The notes: a model not told the origin generated them from the letters alone. Positions 36,411 to 51,505 are shown, counted from the first letter of the stretch. The stretch is DNA of 64,000 bases from Takakia lepidozioides (GCA_030704615.1 CM060733.1:51212001-51276000); one strand, 5' to 3'. A program made the numbers and translations.

Positions 36411-37843
36411 AAGTTAGGGTGTCACCCCATCTCCCTGATGTACCCCTCATGGACCTCACATGGTTAATTTTTCCATGTTTAGTAATATGAGTTACAGGGC
36501 CTCCGTCCCCTTTCCGTTAAAAAAACTAAAAACTATAAAACTAAAATAAAAATAAAAAAATAAAAAATAATTCCGTGACTCTATAATTAGTCTAAATTTT
36601 TTGTTATTTTTTGGTCTTCAGGCAAAAGTCCGAAGTTTTGTCTGACTGTCATGGTGGGAGTCGGTAAGGGTTTTCAATGGCTAAGTAAGTTTTGTTTAAT
36701 GAAGGGGAAGAGGCTCTTATTTATCCTGTTGTTTAATGGATGAAAAGCAAGAAAGAAATATATAAAATGAATATTACAAAAGAAAAAATATATATGAATA
36801 CAGGAGGCAGGTCTGGTGACCAGAGGGGCTAACTAGGGTAGAGTAGATCCCTAGTGTAGGAGAGAGGGAGGAAGGAAGGAAGGAAGAAGGGAGGGAGGGT
36901 GAGGGTCAGGAGCTCGTGTTTGCGTCTGTGAACGCTCGGGATTTGTGTAATGCGAGTGATAACGGGGTTGTTAGAAGGAAGGAATTGAGAGAGCTGTGTG
37001 TTGATGTAAGCTGCAGGGATTGGGGAATGAGTCTGGAGAAGAGAGTGGTTCTTTGAGAGCCGTGAGATGCGGGGGGTTGAAATCAAGTCCAGCAGGGCAA
37101 TGAGGTTACAGTGACAAGTCTGCTTCAGGGTGAAGTGGTAGGGTGGCAGAAGCAGGTCCCCGTCTGGCAGTACACGTCGTCTGGAACAGAGGTAGGTTTC
37201 GAAAGTAGGTAGGCGGGGAATGTGATGATGAGTGTGCTGCTAGGTCTGGACAGAGGCCACACCTGTTTCACCTCTGCATTGCAAGAGCAGTGGATTTGCT
37301 AGAAGTCAACAATGAAGCATAATCAGCAGTGACAAGACGCCCTCTCCGTGGCCGGTAATGTTTGCTAAAACATGCTGGTCTTCAACACATTCTGTAGTGC
37401 TTCTTACACATCCCTGAGCTTTCCTTCCTTGGAGGCATGTGATTGTGCACATCTCACTGATTGTAGGTTTTCTGCATTACGCCGTTTTGTGCAGGTTATC
37501 CATCTCAAGTCGTAGTCAGGTCGTAATAGCTCACGGAGATTCTCCTTGCTTGGCAGGCTAATGTCTGTCCTCCAGTGTATATTGGGGTTGGGAGACCAGT
37601 CAGAGTCATGTAGATCTTCAGCTGATGTATTTCGGCATGTGTCTTCCAATGTCAAAATTTCAGTTCATGTACACAGTCAAATTTATGGTTCTTAGCTTTC
37701 TTTAAGGTGTCTTGCCAAATTCCATGAGGTGATGGCCAAGAGTGAAGAAGAACTCTCTACTTTTTTGGTTAGCATTACACTAGTTCTGTGCTGGACAGTA
37801 GAGTGTGTGAGGTTTGAAAGCCGTAGTCTGAGCTAGGAGCCTG

Positions 37844-40800
37844 ATGCCCTCAACCAAGGCTGGACAGCGAATGGCAGATCATGCTCGAAATGGACCCGTG
37901 GAGCGTGACATTGAACAGGTAGCAATGCTTGACCTGGTTGTTGGTTTGTGACTTGTATCAATATGATGTTTTCAAGCTGTGGATGGACAGCCAAGCACAA
38001 TTTAGCACTAGATTTGGAAGCACTGAACAGGGCGAATTTGGCCAATGGTTGAGTGGTCCGCTGAACCTTTCCAACCCAGAATGTGCATGGGGAAGCCCTT
38101 AGGAGTACTGACCATTATGTTAGCTGTTGTCCAACACATGAATGTGGCGTAGGCTTTCAGGGTGAAACCTTGATGTCCTCCTAATGCTGGGGTGAGTAGC
38201 CTTGCGCCCAGACTGCGGACCATGCTGTTCATTTCCTTACTGCTTCTGTAACAGGTTTTGAATGGTTGGCCCATGTTAGCAAAATAGTCTGTCCTCAGAT
38301 AGGAAGGTAGTGACTGCAATGTGCCCTACTACGGTCTGGCAAGAGCATTGAGGCTAGTTCTTTGGTGCAGTTCACCTGTCTTGGATGGCTTTGGAGAATT
38401 TGGAGTTAGAGGGTATGTTGTCTTCCTATTTTACAGCTCTGGGCTCTAGGTACGTTGATATCAGTTGATTCCTACTTGAGTACTTCAGGCTGGCGGTAGG
38501 TGCAGTCTGGTCATCAAGTTGTAAGTTTCCTCCTTGCATGTGGCATGGAATTTCCCCTCAGCACCAGCATAGACGGTCTCTTCAGGGATATTTCAGCAGA
38601 ATACTTTAAGATTCTTCAGTAGCTAGGGGAGGTTCATGAACCAGGTGAAACCCCAGCAGGTCGACTTGACACCCATGGGAATAAAAATGGTTGTAAATTG
38701 CCAATTGGATGGGGGCATATGTTGTGTCATGGTCCACGATTGAGGGGGTTGAGGCATAGCTGTTTTATTGGCTGACAGTGTGTCTAGCAGTTGGTGCTGG
38801 TTACTTCTGTCAGAATTTGCTAATGTGAGTGCAATTGTCTATGAAGGCTATCACTGCACTGAAGAAGGGTGCACAGCTTCTTAAGTACGGACGGAGAGGA
38901 AAGCCGAAGTTTTGCCCCTTCAGACTATCCAATGTGAGTTGCAAGCTCTTGTCACCCCCAACAATCACAATATCTTGGGAATTCTAATCTAGGTTTTAGG
39001 TCCTGCTGGCTGAGGAATCATTGGTGTGTCTGTTTCTGTGTTTGTGGGACTCTTCCCCATTTGCACTTGGGTTTTCACTTGGGTCTGCCTTTCATATATT
39101 TTGTTTTCCCGACACGTTCAAGCATTTGTGGAATTGCAAGTGCACCCCATCATTCTGCTTGTGAAGTACAAATCCTGTGATGGAAAACTCTTTGTCATGG
39201 TCCTCCAAAAGAAGCTTGCGAAGGAAACCATATACTGCATTGAATTGGAGGAGGCAGTTTTCATAGGGAGGCCACAATTGCAGTGAAGCTATACCTCCAT
39301 CCTTAGCTGGTGCTCAGAGGGTCTTCCTATGTAGTGACAAATATGCCAAAGAAAATGTAACATCTATTCAATCTGTCAAGAACAGAGGGTGATTTGGTCG
39401 ATTGACTAGTGCGGGTTTGCACAGGATGAGACTGCATTGATTTGGTATTCTGGGAGAGAAGAGAAACAACTTAGGCTGAGCACTGTTTCCAGGATTGTAC
39501 CTGGTCAACGGACTGTGAGTTCCTCCGCCTTAAGTTATATATATGACTGTTCCGACGTTACACAAATGTCTCCGTTGTTTGGTCACCTCTCATTCCTCTC
39601 CCTGAAAACTACTTATCTTGCTTACTTGCTGTTGTGCACCGATATTGCGTGGAGGGTATTGTCACCTGTGCTGAACAAGTGGATTACGCAGCTCAGTGAA
39701 GCATAATAGAATGAATGAGTCAAAAGAGTGGCAATTGTTCTACGTTGGTCAAGTGGAGAGCACAAATTTGGTTTGCTTGCTTTGCCGCCATCCTCGCTAT
39801 CTCTTGCTCTGCACAGGGTTTTGAACTATATCTCAATTCGTTCCCAGGCAATTTTCCAGCGGTACCCTCGGCCAGAAAAGGAATATCAGTCTTTTTCCCT
39901 CCTACACAACAATGAGGAGCGGTCACTTGATCTGGTGAGCTTTGATCGCATCTGCAGGACTCCCTCCACCCCCATTTCTGAGGTTGTAGTTTTTCTTAGG
40001 AATCCTACATAACCTTTCCAAAGGCTATAAGATTGTGAGGTCAACCGCTAGCACTCCTGGAACATGTTGATTGTATGGTAGTTTATGCAATTGGTAAGTT
40101 CTCAAGCAGTGTTTCCTTCTTTCCCATGGTTCCAGGTGTCCTCAGTTGTAAAGGGTAGACTCACTAGTATCTAATTTACTTTATGATATACAGATATGCA
40201 AGGATAAAGATGAAGCAGAAGTGTGGTTTGTGGGTCTCAAGGCTTTGGTCTCTGGTGCTCAGTCGCGGAAGCCAAAATATGACCCAAAGCGTGAAGGGGG
40301 CCCATCTTTTGATGCCATCAGTCCACTTACCCGCACACGGAAAAGTTCTCCTCTAACTTCCCCCTTCGGGAGCACTGATAGCCTACACCAGGTGTGTTTC
40401 TAGTTTCTACATGTATTCTGTCATGGGAAGGGTGAGATGCAAGCATGGGTACACATCAACCTTTGTATGAAATTGTGTCCTCTTGAATGAATTGCACATC
40501 TGGGGTGATTGGTGAAGCCTGACTCTTAGAGTGTTGCGGCTTCTACTCCGCCTCTTGCCATTTCAGTTGTGTTATGGTTCTTCATGCTTTAGGCACAGTG
40601 CAACCAATGGTACTGGTAGTGATCCTGCACTCTAACCTATAGGTGTCTTTCCCTGGGCCGCGTTGAAGTTGTGTTGAATGTGTGGTTTTGCTCAAATTTC
40701 CTTGTCACTTATAGGGAATAATCCCCAAGTTCGTTAAGTCACTCATTTTGTTATGGACGGGTCATGTTGTGCTTTATTGGCAGTTCTCCCATGACTGTTG

Positions 40801-43800
40801 TTCATTTCTGCCTCTTGCAGGATAACACAGATACATTGAAGACTTTAAGTCCTTATGGGAGCCCTCATCGGCATGGAATAGAAAAGAGTTACTCAGTAGG
40901 AGCACTTCTATCGGTGGAATCAAAGAGCAGCTTCTTTGAGACCGGATCTGTTGGAGGGTCAATGCATTCAGGCAGTTCGGATGTAGGTTCAGATAGTGTG
41001 AATGCGAATTCAAGACAGGGAGTGGTGGTTCCAATGGACACCTTCAGAGTAAGCATGTCAAGTGCTGTAAGTTCCTCCAGCCAGGGCTCTGGGCATGAAG
41101 ACGGAGACGCCCTGGGCGATGTTTTTATGTGGGGTGAGGGTGTTGGTGATGGAATTTTGGGGGGTGGTGTACATAGAATTGGCAGCTTTGGGGGACTCAA
41201 GCTGGATGCTCTTTTGCCTAAGGCCTTGGAATCAACAGCGGTGTTGGATGTCCAGAATATTGCCTGTGGAGGACGGCATGCAGCATTGGTAACGAAACAG
41301 GGTGAGGTTTTTTCTTGGGGAGAGGAGTCAGGTGGCAGACTGGGCCATGGGGTTGATTGTGATGTCCCACAACCCCAACTTGTGGACGCTCTGGCATCCA
41401 CTAACACTGAATTTGTATCATGTGGAGAGTATCACACATGCGCAGTCACCCTCTCGGGTGATCTCTACACTTGGGGTGATGGCACACACAATTTTGGCCT
41501 GTTGGGCCATGGCAATGATATCAGCCACTGGATGCCCAAGCGAGTGAACGGGCCCTTGGAGGGAATCCGGGTGTCATCCATTGCATGTGGCCCTTGGCAT
41601 ACGGCACTCGTCACTTCTGCTGGGCAGCTTTTTACATTTGGTGATGGGACATTTGGGGTACTTGGACATGGAGACAGAAAGAGTGCTTACTCCCCAAGAG
41701 AGGTTGAATCTCTAAAGGGACTCAAAACTGTTAGGGCGGCATGTGGCGTATGGCATACGGCAGCTGTTGTAGAGGTTATGGTCGGCTACTCAAGTGCCAG
41801 CAGCTGCTCATCTGGCAAGCTTTTTACATGGGGAGATGGTGATAAGGGTAGATTAGGCCATGGAGACAAGGAGCAGCGCTTGGTTCCTACATGTGTAGCA
41901 GCGCTTGTTGATCATAATTTCCACCAAGTGGGGTGTGGGCACAGCCTAACAGTAGCATTGACTACATCAGGACAGGTTTTCACAATGGGTAGCCCTACGT
42001 ACGGCCAATTGGGGGATCCACAGGCAGACGGCAAACTTCCGGGCCTGGTGGAAGGGAAGCTGTGGGAGGCTTTTGTAGAGGAGATTGCTTGTGGAGCAAA
42101 CCATGTTGCTGTTTTGACGCACAAAATGGAGGTCTACACATGGGGTAAGGGTGCCAATGGCAGGCTTGGCCATGGGGACACTGACGACAGGCATACACCC
42201 ACTCTGGTGGAGGTGCTGAAGGATAAGCAAGTGAAGAGCATAGCTTGTGGTTCCAGTTTTACAGCAGCCATTTGTCTGCACAAGTGGCTCTCAGGCGCTG
42301 ACCAATCAGTTTGCTCAGGATGCAGGCAGCCTTTTGGCTTCACGAGGAAGAGACACAACTGCTACAACTGTGGTCTTGTATTCTGTCATAGTTGCAGTTC
42401 CAAAAAGGTTCAGAAAGCTTCCTTAGCCCCCAATCCAAACAAGCCATATCGCGTCTGTGAACCGTGCTTTGGTAAGCTGAAAAAGGCTGCTGAAGCTGGA
42501 GTTACATCTCTTGTGCCTTTGTCCAAAAGGGGGGCTCCTCCTCGACGAACAGGTGATGTCAAAGAGAGGTCAGATAGACCAGAGTTTAAAGTTCCACGAC
42601 CACAACCGCCCGCATCAAAACCCCCTCCTAATGCAGAATTGGCAAAGGTGGTTGAGAACAAATCTCAGCTGAAACGCATAAAAAAACCGGAGTCTTTTTC
42701 TAGTCGTGTCTCTCCAGCACCAAATGGGCTTCCATCATGGGGCAGTGTGAATGTTCCCCACACTTTTAAGCCTGGATTGCTACCTGTCCATTCATCAAAT
42801 TCCAGAGTCTCCTTAGCCTCTTCTAATTCTGTCCCGACACCCAGAGCCATTTCCAGGGCTGTGTCACCTTTGTCGAGGCGCTCTAGTCCCCCTCGAGCAA
42901 CAACACCTACTCCAACTATAACCGGTCTTGCAATTCCAAAGACTCTGGTGGAGGATTTGAAGAAGACAAATGAGGCCTTGAGTGAGGAGAACCTAAAGTT
43001 ACGAGCACAGGTACTAACCAGTCTCAACTTCAAATTTCAAGCTCAATCCATATGTACATGAGTGACAGTTGCAGTTTTCTTAGGAAAACTGGAGTTGCAT
43101 CACCTGTTTTGATTTTTCGTTCTTTTCTGTCAACCTTCCATCAATAGTGAAGGAGACTGCTGTATCTGATATTCGTGCTTTAGGGATATGTCTGTCTTCA
43201 TCATCTGATTGGACTACCAGTACCTTATCAGAACGTCCTTGTTAAGCTGCGTTTCATACCCAGGTTACATACCTTTTATGTGGTTATATTCATGAGTTCA
43301 GAACTGTATCTACTCTCTTCTGTGCATATATTTTCTAGTCAATTCGGTATTTTGTTATGGCCCCAGGCATGAGTACTGTGCAGATTGCCTTTTGTTGGAC
43401 ACTGATGCAAAGCAAGGTTCTCCTCTAGTTCCATGAGTTAGTGCCTGGCTTGTTCGACTTTACACGGGTAGTTCTTTGCATCTGATGGTGAAAAGTCTCT
43501 TTGTATAGAAAGACAACTGACCATACGCGTCAATCTGGAACAATTTCATGTAGCCTTAGCTGATTTCGAATCTGATGCTGCTTCAATACACCATCAGTTC
43601 ACTGTTCATTGTCTTGCAAGGCTCAAGAGTTTCACTATGGAGAGCCTAGTGAAAGAGCACTGGCACAATTGCAAATGTTTTGACAAGTATTTTTCACAAT
43701 GGACACCATCGGTGAATGGTTGGTAAACAGGTTGATAGTCTTACAAGGCAGTGTCAAAGTCAAGAGAAGGAGGCACTGCGCTCGGCTCAACAGCTTCAGA

Positions 43801-45673
43801 ATGCCATTGCCATGACATCTGAGGAGGCTGCCAAATCCAGAGCTGCGAAGGAAGTCATTAAGTCTCTCACTGCTCAGGTGGGTCATCCGGCACTTTCATG
43901 TTGAGGGATGAGATCATTGTAGGGTTATGGTTTGCTCAATTCTGTTCGTAGAGAATTAGCGCTGTTGGATCAGAGATGTTTCAATCTGAGAATTTTGGTT
44001 GATGTCGAAAGGCCATTTCAGTCTCATCTTGAACAGTTGTTAGGTTTGATGACACACACTGGCATGAGCCAACCGGTAGATCGGTAGCATTGACAAATGC
44101 AATTGTAAATTTAGATTTTCTTGACCATTTGTGTAGGCTGGGGGCCAGTGCTGTTGGGTTTCCTCCCTTACTCTCTTTATCTGGTTCTTTTGCTAAAGTT
44201 GGGTATTGTGTTTCTAGTAGTCTGTCCATAGGATAGCAATAATTACAGTTTCATGTGCCGTTTTCAATAAAGGTGACTAGCCATCATTTCATCTTTCAAC
44301 TAAGCTTCTTGTTATGTATTGCAGCTCAAGGACATGGCAGAAAGACTACCTGCAGGAGTCTTTAGACATGGGAGGCTGGGATCTGTGCCTGTTGGTCGGC
44401 TTGATGCACCAAATGGCACCCATTCTGTGGCTGCCCCTGATACTCTGGCGTCATCTGGAGAAGGTGTCCAGTTGTTGTCTCGCAAGTACAGCATCACTAC
44501 TGCAACTACCAATGTCCGGGAGGTGGATGCAAATGGAATAACCAGTTCCCACTCAGTGTCAAGTCCTCATGCAATCACAGAGGCACAATCTGTTGGTAGT
44601 CCCCGTTTGGGTCCTAATCCCCATGCTGGTACTGAAGGTGATTTTGTTGGGCTGCAAAGTAGGGTGGCCATGCATCAAGGAGCCAGTAGAGTGTCAGAAG
44701 GTGATACAAATGGCCTTGAATCAACACAACAGCCAGAGGATGGGGGGAGAACTGTGGGTAATGTTTTCTCATCAGAGAATGGGAGGGAGCCTGAAACGGA
44801 CTGGGTCGAACAAGACGAACCTGGGGTGTATATCACCCTCACTGCATTGCCAGGGGGAGGCAAGGACCTCAAGCGGGTGCGATTCAGGTAATTGTAACCA
44901 AACTGGCGTTGAACCTCTCTTCGCTTTGATATATCAGAGTTTCTAAGATCGTTTCCAGGATTTGCTTTACTTTAGTCCAAGTGTACATGCTACAACCCTT
45001 TGAAAATCACAGCGACGTCTTTTAGTCTCTCAAAATCGTGGGGCTTGTATTCTGGGATGAACATCTTAAAATTGGGGTTTGTGAGTTTGGTAGTCCAACC
45101 AAGGAAGAGATAGGAAGTGGATGGTATGTGTATGGAGGCTTCCTTATGTTGAGCCCCACAAAGATTCGGACTTGTCCATGCGGGTTCTACAGACATGTTT
45201 GTCATGTAGGTTGCGTGGATATGCACACTTTCACCCTAAAGTCGAAGTAGGTTTCAGTACAGGAACCACCTCAGTTTCCATAAGACATTGTCTGGCATAT
45301 GGGAAGTTGCACAGCCAAACTACTCACTGTGCAGTGGGACCTATCTGTCATGTATGGAAGTCTGCAGCTTGATTGAAGGTGAACAGAGAAGTAATACATG
45401 TTTGTTTGAGGGTGATAAAGTAGGTATTTGCTCTGTTGGAATAATTGTTTTATTGGCCCATGCAGTCGAAAGCGTTTTAGTGAGCGGGAGGCTGAGCAAT
45501 GGTGGGCAGAAAATCGAGTGAGGGTACATGAGCAATACAATGTCCGTGGTGGGATTGATAGGGTAAATAATCCGACTGGGCCTTCGTCGGCAGCAGGGTT
45601 ACCAGCAGCATCAAGGCCTGTGGAGGAAGGAAGACCATTCTCTCTCTCCTCCCACATGCCTGGTAGCTCCTGA
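37844..45673 (+). CDS. PRAF1: PH, RCC1, FYVE and BRX domain protein (PRAF/RLD family)
   Basis: Exons ~37844-37918, 38847-38933, 39425-39514, 39848-39934, 40194-40391, 40821-43010, 43731-43877, 44325-44887, 45466-45673. Motifs: GPVERDIEQ|[28 protein letters not shown] (PH), RCC1 repeats, [14 protein letters not shown]...RVC, coiled coil, [16 protein letters not shown]...KRVRFSRKRF...WWAEN. Confidence 0.95.
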
Positions 45674-46915
45674 CCCCCACACCTTGCTTGTTTCATCCCT
45701 TTGTAGTTGTAGTTTCCGTAAAAAATATGTAAAAAGGGTTGAGGCGGTTCATGTTAGTTCTCCCTGGATTTTAAACAACATATTGGTCTATTCGAGATGT
45801 GGTAACACATTGTTGCCCTTTTTATGTGAGTTGGATAGATGTCAAGTGTAGTACCCCTTGTCTGTAGTGGATTCTGCTTTGCCTGGTGGCTTCTCTTCAA
45901 CATTGGCTGCCACTAGTTTCACCACCATATGAAAGACAAAGATGCATCCTCTCAGAAGGAGAGGTTACTCTTTGACAACTTCCTCGGGGACATTCACTTG
46001 CAGCAGCCTTTTGCCCATAGGCCTAAGATATGAAACCCTTGAAGATCCATTATGGGGTTTCCATCAGTAGAACAGAGAAAAGAGGGAAGATGGCAGTGGC
46101 CAGATGTACAAAGATGTTCAAACCCAAAAGCGCATCAAGTATCTTCACTGCTGGCGTTACGTTTGCTGTGATCTTCTCAGGCAAAGATGGGATAGAGGAA
46201 GGCTGTGTTGATCATTGCATGGACACAGTGGTTGTTTTTGTTTCCCTGCCAAAAAAATTCTCCTTCAGCTCAAGCTTGAATGAGCTCCAAGTCAATTTCT
46301 CTTGAGAAGCATTTTAGCTGCTGATTGGAGGTTCTGGTAGTCCTCCTTTTATTGCAGTTAGCTCTCCTTTCGCTTGTTCCTTTACAAGAAGAGCAAATCG
46401 CTGTACATGTGGGTTATGCCGGCAGGGTGAAAACCTTACGTCAGAATGTGTCAATAGCACTGTACATTGCCATAGATTTCTATTCCAATGAATGTAAAAA
46501 TTTTCCTTTGTGAAACAGGGTGAATAGAATAGAATACCTCCTATACCCATGTGATGTAAGTCTGACATTAATCATGAGGATATGATGTGGAAGTAACCTC
46601 CAATGTGGTTTGTCGTTTGTTTTGCTGAAGTATGCACATCCCTTGGTTAGATCTGGTTTACCTTGGCAGAAATGCACAACACAATTGCTTCCTGGTTCAT
46701 TCAGCAGTATGAACCTTGTTGGCAGAGCTGCTGAACTATGCTGTTACCAAGGTGTTGCTTGCTCTTACTTTGGTCTCCTGCATGGGAGCTAAACTATTCT
46801 CAAGTCACACGTATATTACATGAATGTGCAAACTATATACAAGCCAAATTAGAATAAGTGTTCTTGATTGCATAATTCTCATCATACTTACCATCCCCAA
46901 TATCTCCAATCTCTA

Positions 46916-49334
46916 TTACACAGAATCGCTTGCAGATGCTATCCCAACCATATTCAACATGTTTCTATCCTCTTTAAATCGCTCAAGTACTGTGCCCCTC
47001 AGGGCACCAAGAGCACTGGGTGTCCCATCTCCCTTGGTGACCACAGCCCAGCATTCAATCACATCAGGCGTTATATCAGACTTCACAGACAGCACAGGGT
47101 TGTTGAAGGTGACCGACTGCCGAGTGTGACCATGATCAAAGCTTGCGGCCAGAAAAAGACCAAAATGGTGGATTTGACCGCCAAATCCAATGCCATTAGG
47201 AATGCTGTCTGATGTGTAGTTGGCCGCACACTGCAAGAAGACACAATCCATAATCCGTTACATGCTCTCTCTCCTTACTTTTGCTGGTAGCTACATATGC
47301 ACGATCATCTTTCTTGTGACACTTCCTACATGTGAGCCCCCATCATCCAAGAAGAATGCCAAGCATGGAAAACAGTCTTACCCATTGCAGGTTGGAATTT
47401 GAACCAGTGGGTCGGAATACAGAGGCATGTGGATGCAGACTAAACAGAAAAGACTTCATGTCTCCATAGAAGTCGCTGTGCTTCTCCCAGGGCTGGCTGG
47501 CAAACCCCCCATACACACAGCCCTCCTTGTCCTTCACCACTATCACCGTGGAGCCTTTCACAACTCTGCCAATCCATGGGATGCTTCAAACCTGTCAGCT
47601 GCAAAGCATAAATGGAATTACAATATACAGCTGTGAGAGAGAGGTAGAGTTACATGCCATTTTCACCAAATTCTGTGGAAAATGGCAAGACAGAGAGCAA
47701 GGGGAGATTTGAGAGACTCAAAAGATACAGGTTGACATGGCTTTTGAGGCCACAGACCAGAGAGAATGTCTTCATGAGACATTTTGTGCCGTAGCCTTGT
47801 GGCCTAGACCCCGCACCCACTTTGGGCGGACAGACCAAAAGAATGTACTCATAAGCTGTTGTTTGCCATGGACAGAGAGAGAGAGGGAGAGAATGTACTC
47901 ATAAGACGTTGTTTGCCGTAGCCTTGTGGCCATTGACCCCGCGCCCAGTTTGAGCGGAACACAAAGGGACAGAACCTACCTTTGTCAGGGGCTGGAGAGA
48001 GGGAGAGAGATTCACATAGCATGTCAAAGCTAGACAAGGAAACACTAAGCACAATGTGCTGTGTTCGCCTCTTTTTAACGACATCATACAGCCTAATTCT
48101 AGGCACCATCAAACTGTCTCTACCCAAATCTGCCTCCATACCTCCCTTTACATATCCTTGCTGGAAAACCAGTTTTTAGGTGTACAAAGTGGCAATCAAA
48201 TGCACACCAGGTAACGCAACTCCTTTCCATGTAAGGAGATCCATCAAACCAAACAGAGCAAAAACAGCAGTAGTATGTGTACATAAGCAACACATACAAA
48301 TCACTGGCTTAGTCTCTTGCCCTTAGTAGCATTTCCTACAACAAAAGAAGGTGAAGTGGCATCACCTGGATCCATCACAGCCAACCAACCAACCAACAGG
48401 TTAGTGATCCCTGTGGAACCCCAGGCTTAAACCCCTTCACATTTGTTATCAATGTCATCCCTGCAACAGGTCATACTAGCAAGAGAGGAGAGGTAAGAGA
48501 GGTCCTTTCAGCCATTCAACATAGGTACAGAACTCAGTACACCTATTTCAGCCCATGCTCCAGAGGGAGGGGGGGTGGTCTCATGTCTGTAAGCACCCAT
48601 TCCCAAAAGGAAGGTGTCACTAGAGCCAAGTACTCAAGCAAGGGGACATATAGAAGCCCTTGGTTTTGCAAAAGTATTCCTAGATTCAGAGTAGAGCTTT
48701 AGTCAAGTCCATGTAAGTTCCTTATAGTGTCAACTCTCTTTGTGTCGCCATCCTAAGCAGCCCATCACAGTGTTGAAGGAGTCTGAATGGATACCTTGCT
48801 TGTAGACATAGTGTAGTCAGCTCCTTCAGCTCTTGCCTGCTCCTCTTCCAAATGAGAAGAGTGGCCAAGCATACTAACCATATAGGGCAGCAGCTTTAGG
48901 ATAAGACCTCTAGGGTGAACCCTAATGAGTCACCCCTCATGAGTCATCCCCGTTATCCAATTCCCCGTTCCGTTCTAGACAAAAAAATCTGAACAGAATA
49001 ATGGGATCAGGCATTCTTGAATGCTGTCTATGAAGATCTTAGCAACATTTAAGGAAAGAAAGAGAGAGCAAAAATTCCTCAAGCCTCTCATTTTCAGGTT
49101 TCCTAATGCTGATACAAGGCATTGGCTACAGTAGACCAGCCAAGAGAGCAATGTACATTGACCGGATCATGTAGAAGGTGTACACATATACTCTATTATG
49201 CTGTTGCTACAGGGCCTAGCTCAAGTTATCATGTATTAGTTTGCCATCAAATGTCCCTATATGTTCAAGGCTGGAGACGAAGGGATCAGGCAGTTCTTGA
49301 GTGTTGTTACAAAGAACATATCCACATTCAAGTG

Positions 49335-49365
<31 letters not shown>

Positions 49366-51458
49366 ACCCAACAGTGCTGAGGAAAGTGTTAAAGCTGAGG
49401 CCATGGGCAGAGCTGTGGTAGACTAGCACCCATTCCATGGCTTCTTGCTGCTGCAGTGCTCCAGCAATGTGCCATGCGTACTCCTTTCTCAGCACAAGTG
49501 CACTAGTATTCACACCAGCTGGGGCCAGCAGTTCTGGCACTTGGCGACCAACCATCCCTATAACAACTCACATTCAAATGAGAAGGGATAACACAGATCT
49601 ATGGAGCCCCATGATCGTTCCAAGCTAGCTATGTGGTTTGTCTTTTGTGTGTGTCCATATGTATCAACTAAATTGTAGTAAGGACGTGGACAGGTTTAGG
49701 GAGTCCAAGCATAGTCAGGATATATATATGGACACCATCAACACTACATCTCGGTCACTCACTCCCCAGACTCTGTAGAGAGGTGGGAGGCTTACAGTCA
49801 TTAAAGAAACAAAAGCAATCAGATGGAGAGTTCCAGACAGAGACACCAACCAGGAATGGGAGGTTTTAAAAGTGTGCCCAGAAACTTCTTGACAGACGGA
49901 ACAGCAGTGTACCACTTCCGGAAATCTTGTATTGACATACAGGGTTCACTCTCGCTTGCATTGTTTTCAGAAAAATTTGCAACTTTCAGAAAGGCCTGAA
50001 GACTGCCCTCAGGCAAACTTGCATCTGGAACTGCTTCCTTTGGACCCAATACTGTCTCCAATATGGACAACATCACCGCTTCAAGCTCAGCCCTGCACAA
50101 ACCAAAAACCAGAGACAGATTAAAGGCCCTCTAAGAAAAGTGAACTGCCATCCTGTTGGAGTATGTCAGACATTTGATTTGAGGGTGTATTATAGCAACC
50201 TTCTCACTAAAACAAATGACAAAATCAGCCTATCCCATGAGTAAGAGAAAGGAATGGAACTCGGTCAATGTAAGTGAGCATAAGCTACCCAAGTAGGGCT
50301 GAAAGAAAGTGATAGAGAGAACAAACTACCTCTGAATGAATCCGTCCCCAGTCAAGTCCAGTAGCTGATACATAAAGCTCTCAGTCTCACCCGGTGAGCC
50401 TTTCTCGAAAAGTGCCTGCAAACATCGAGCACTTTTTTGGGAACCTTTTTTGTTGAAGAAAACGTCAATCCTTGGATAAGCATCAATATTTCAAAGTAGC
50501 AGTAAGGAGAAAATTTGGTATTGTGATTACCTTTGCAATGACAAGGTCTTCATAATAAAGGCACTGGTCCTTCCGATGTTTAGTGATGAGATCAAATAAG
50601 CGTGACCCCAAGGATCCATGGATTTCATAGTACACCTGCATAGTACCATGAAGGTAATGGAGGACTGTAGAGTCAAACACATGTTTGTTGCAAACATTGT
50701 AAGAGTCAACAGCTTCAATAAAATTTCCTGCCAAGGAGCTACAGACAGTACTAAAATGGTTGAGGATGTGATTTCTCCCGATGACCAGAGAGACATTGAA
50801 TTCAAGGGTAAGAAGGAGTACAAGGTACTCATTGAAGTGTACTTGTACCTGAAATACGGATGCAATAATGAATTCACCATCACTTCTTGACTGGGCAGCC
50901 AATGATCTAAACAGCTTCCTGATGTCACACAGTTCTGTTTCTGAAAACCTCCTGCAACATTGTGCCCGTTCCACGAAATTTACACCAGATGCAGACTGCA
51001 TATTAGTACCTTCTCTCTCTCCCTCTTTTTGTTCTACCTTGTCCCATGGGCCCTCCTAGCCCTCTGTGGATGTTACAAAGTGTCTTTCTTTCCCCTCCTG
51101 TTAGTACACTAGTGTGTCTGGGAGAGCTTAGAGAGCTTAGAGGGCTTCAGTAGCTGTGCTGGGATCAGAATCATTGTTTTTATTATGATGCCAATGTCAG
51201 TGCTTAATTTTAAAACCTCTGTAACCACATTGTCATTGGCTGTGCGGGAGCTGTATGGCACTTTGGGACAAGTTTCATGACTTCTACCCCATGACTGGCT
51301 TCAAATGGATTCCCCCATAGTCAACATTGGAACAGAATGATCACCGAATGTCTGTCTCCTTCAATCTGTCTCCTTTCTCATCCTGGCACCATCTCCCCCT
51401 CCTTGGGTTCAACGAACTCCTCTTTCTCCCACATCCGTGTGGTCGCTCTGCCCATACA

Positions 51459-51505
<47 letters not shown>

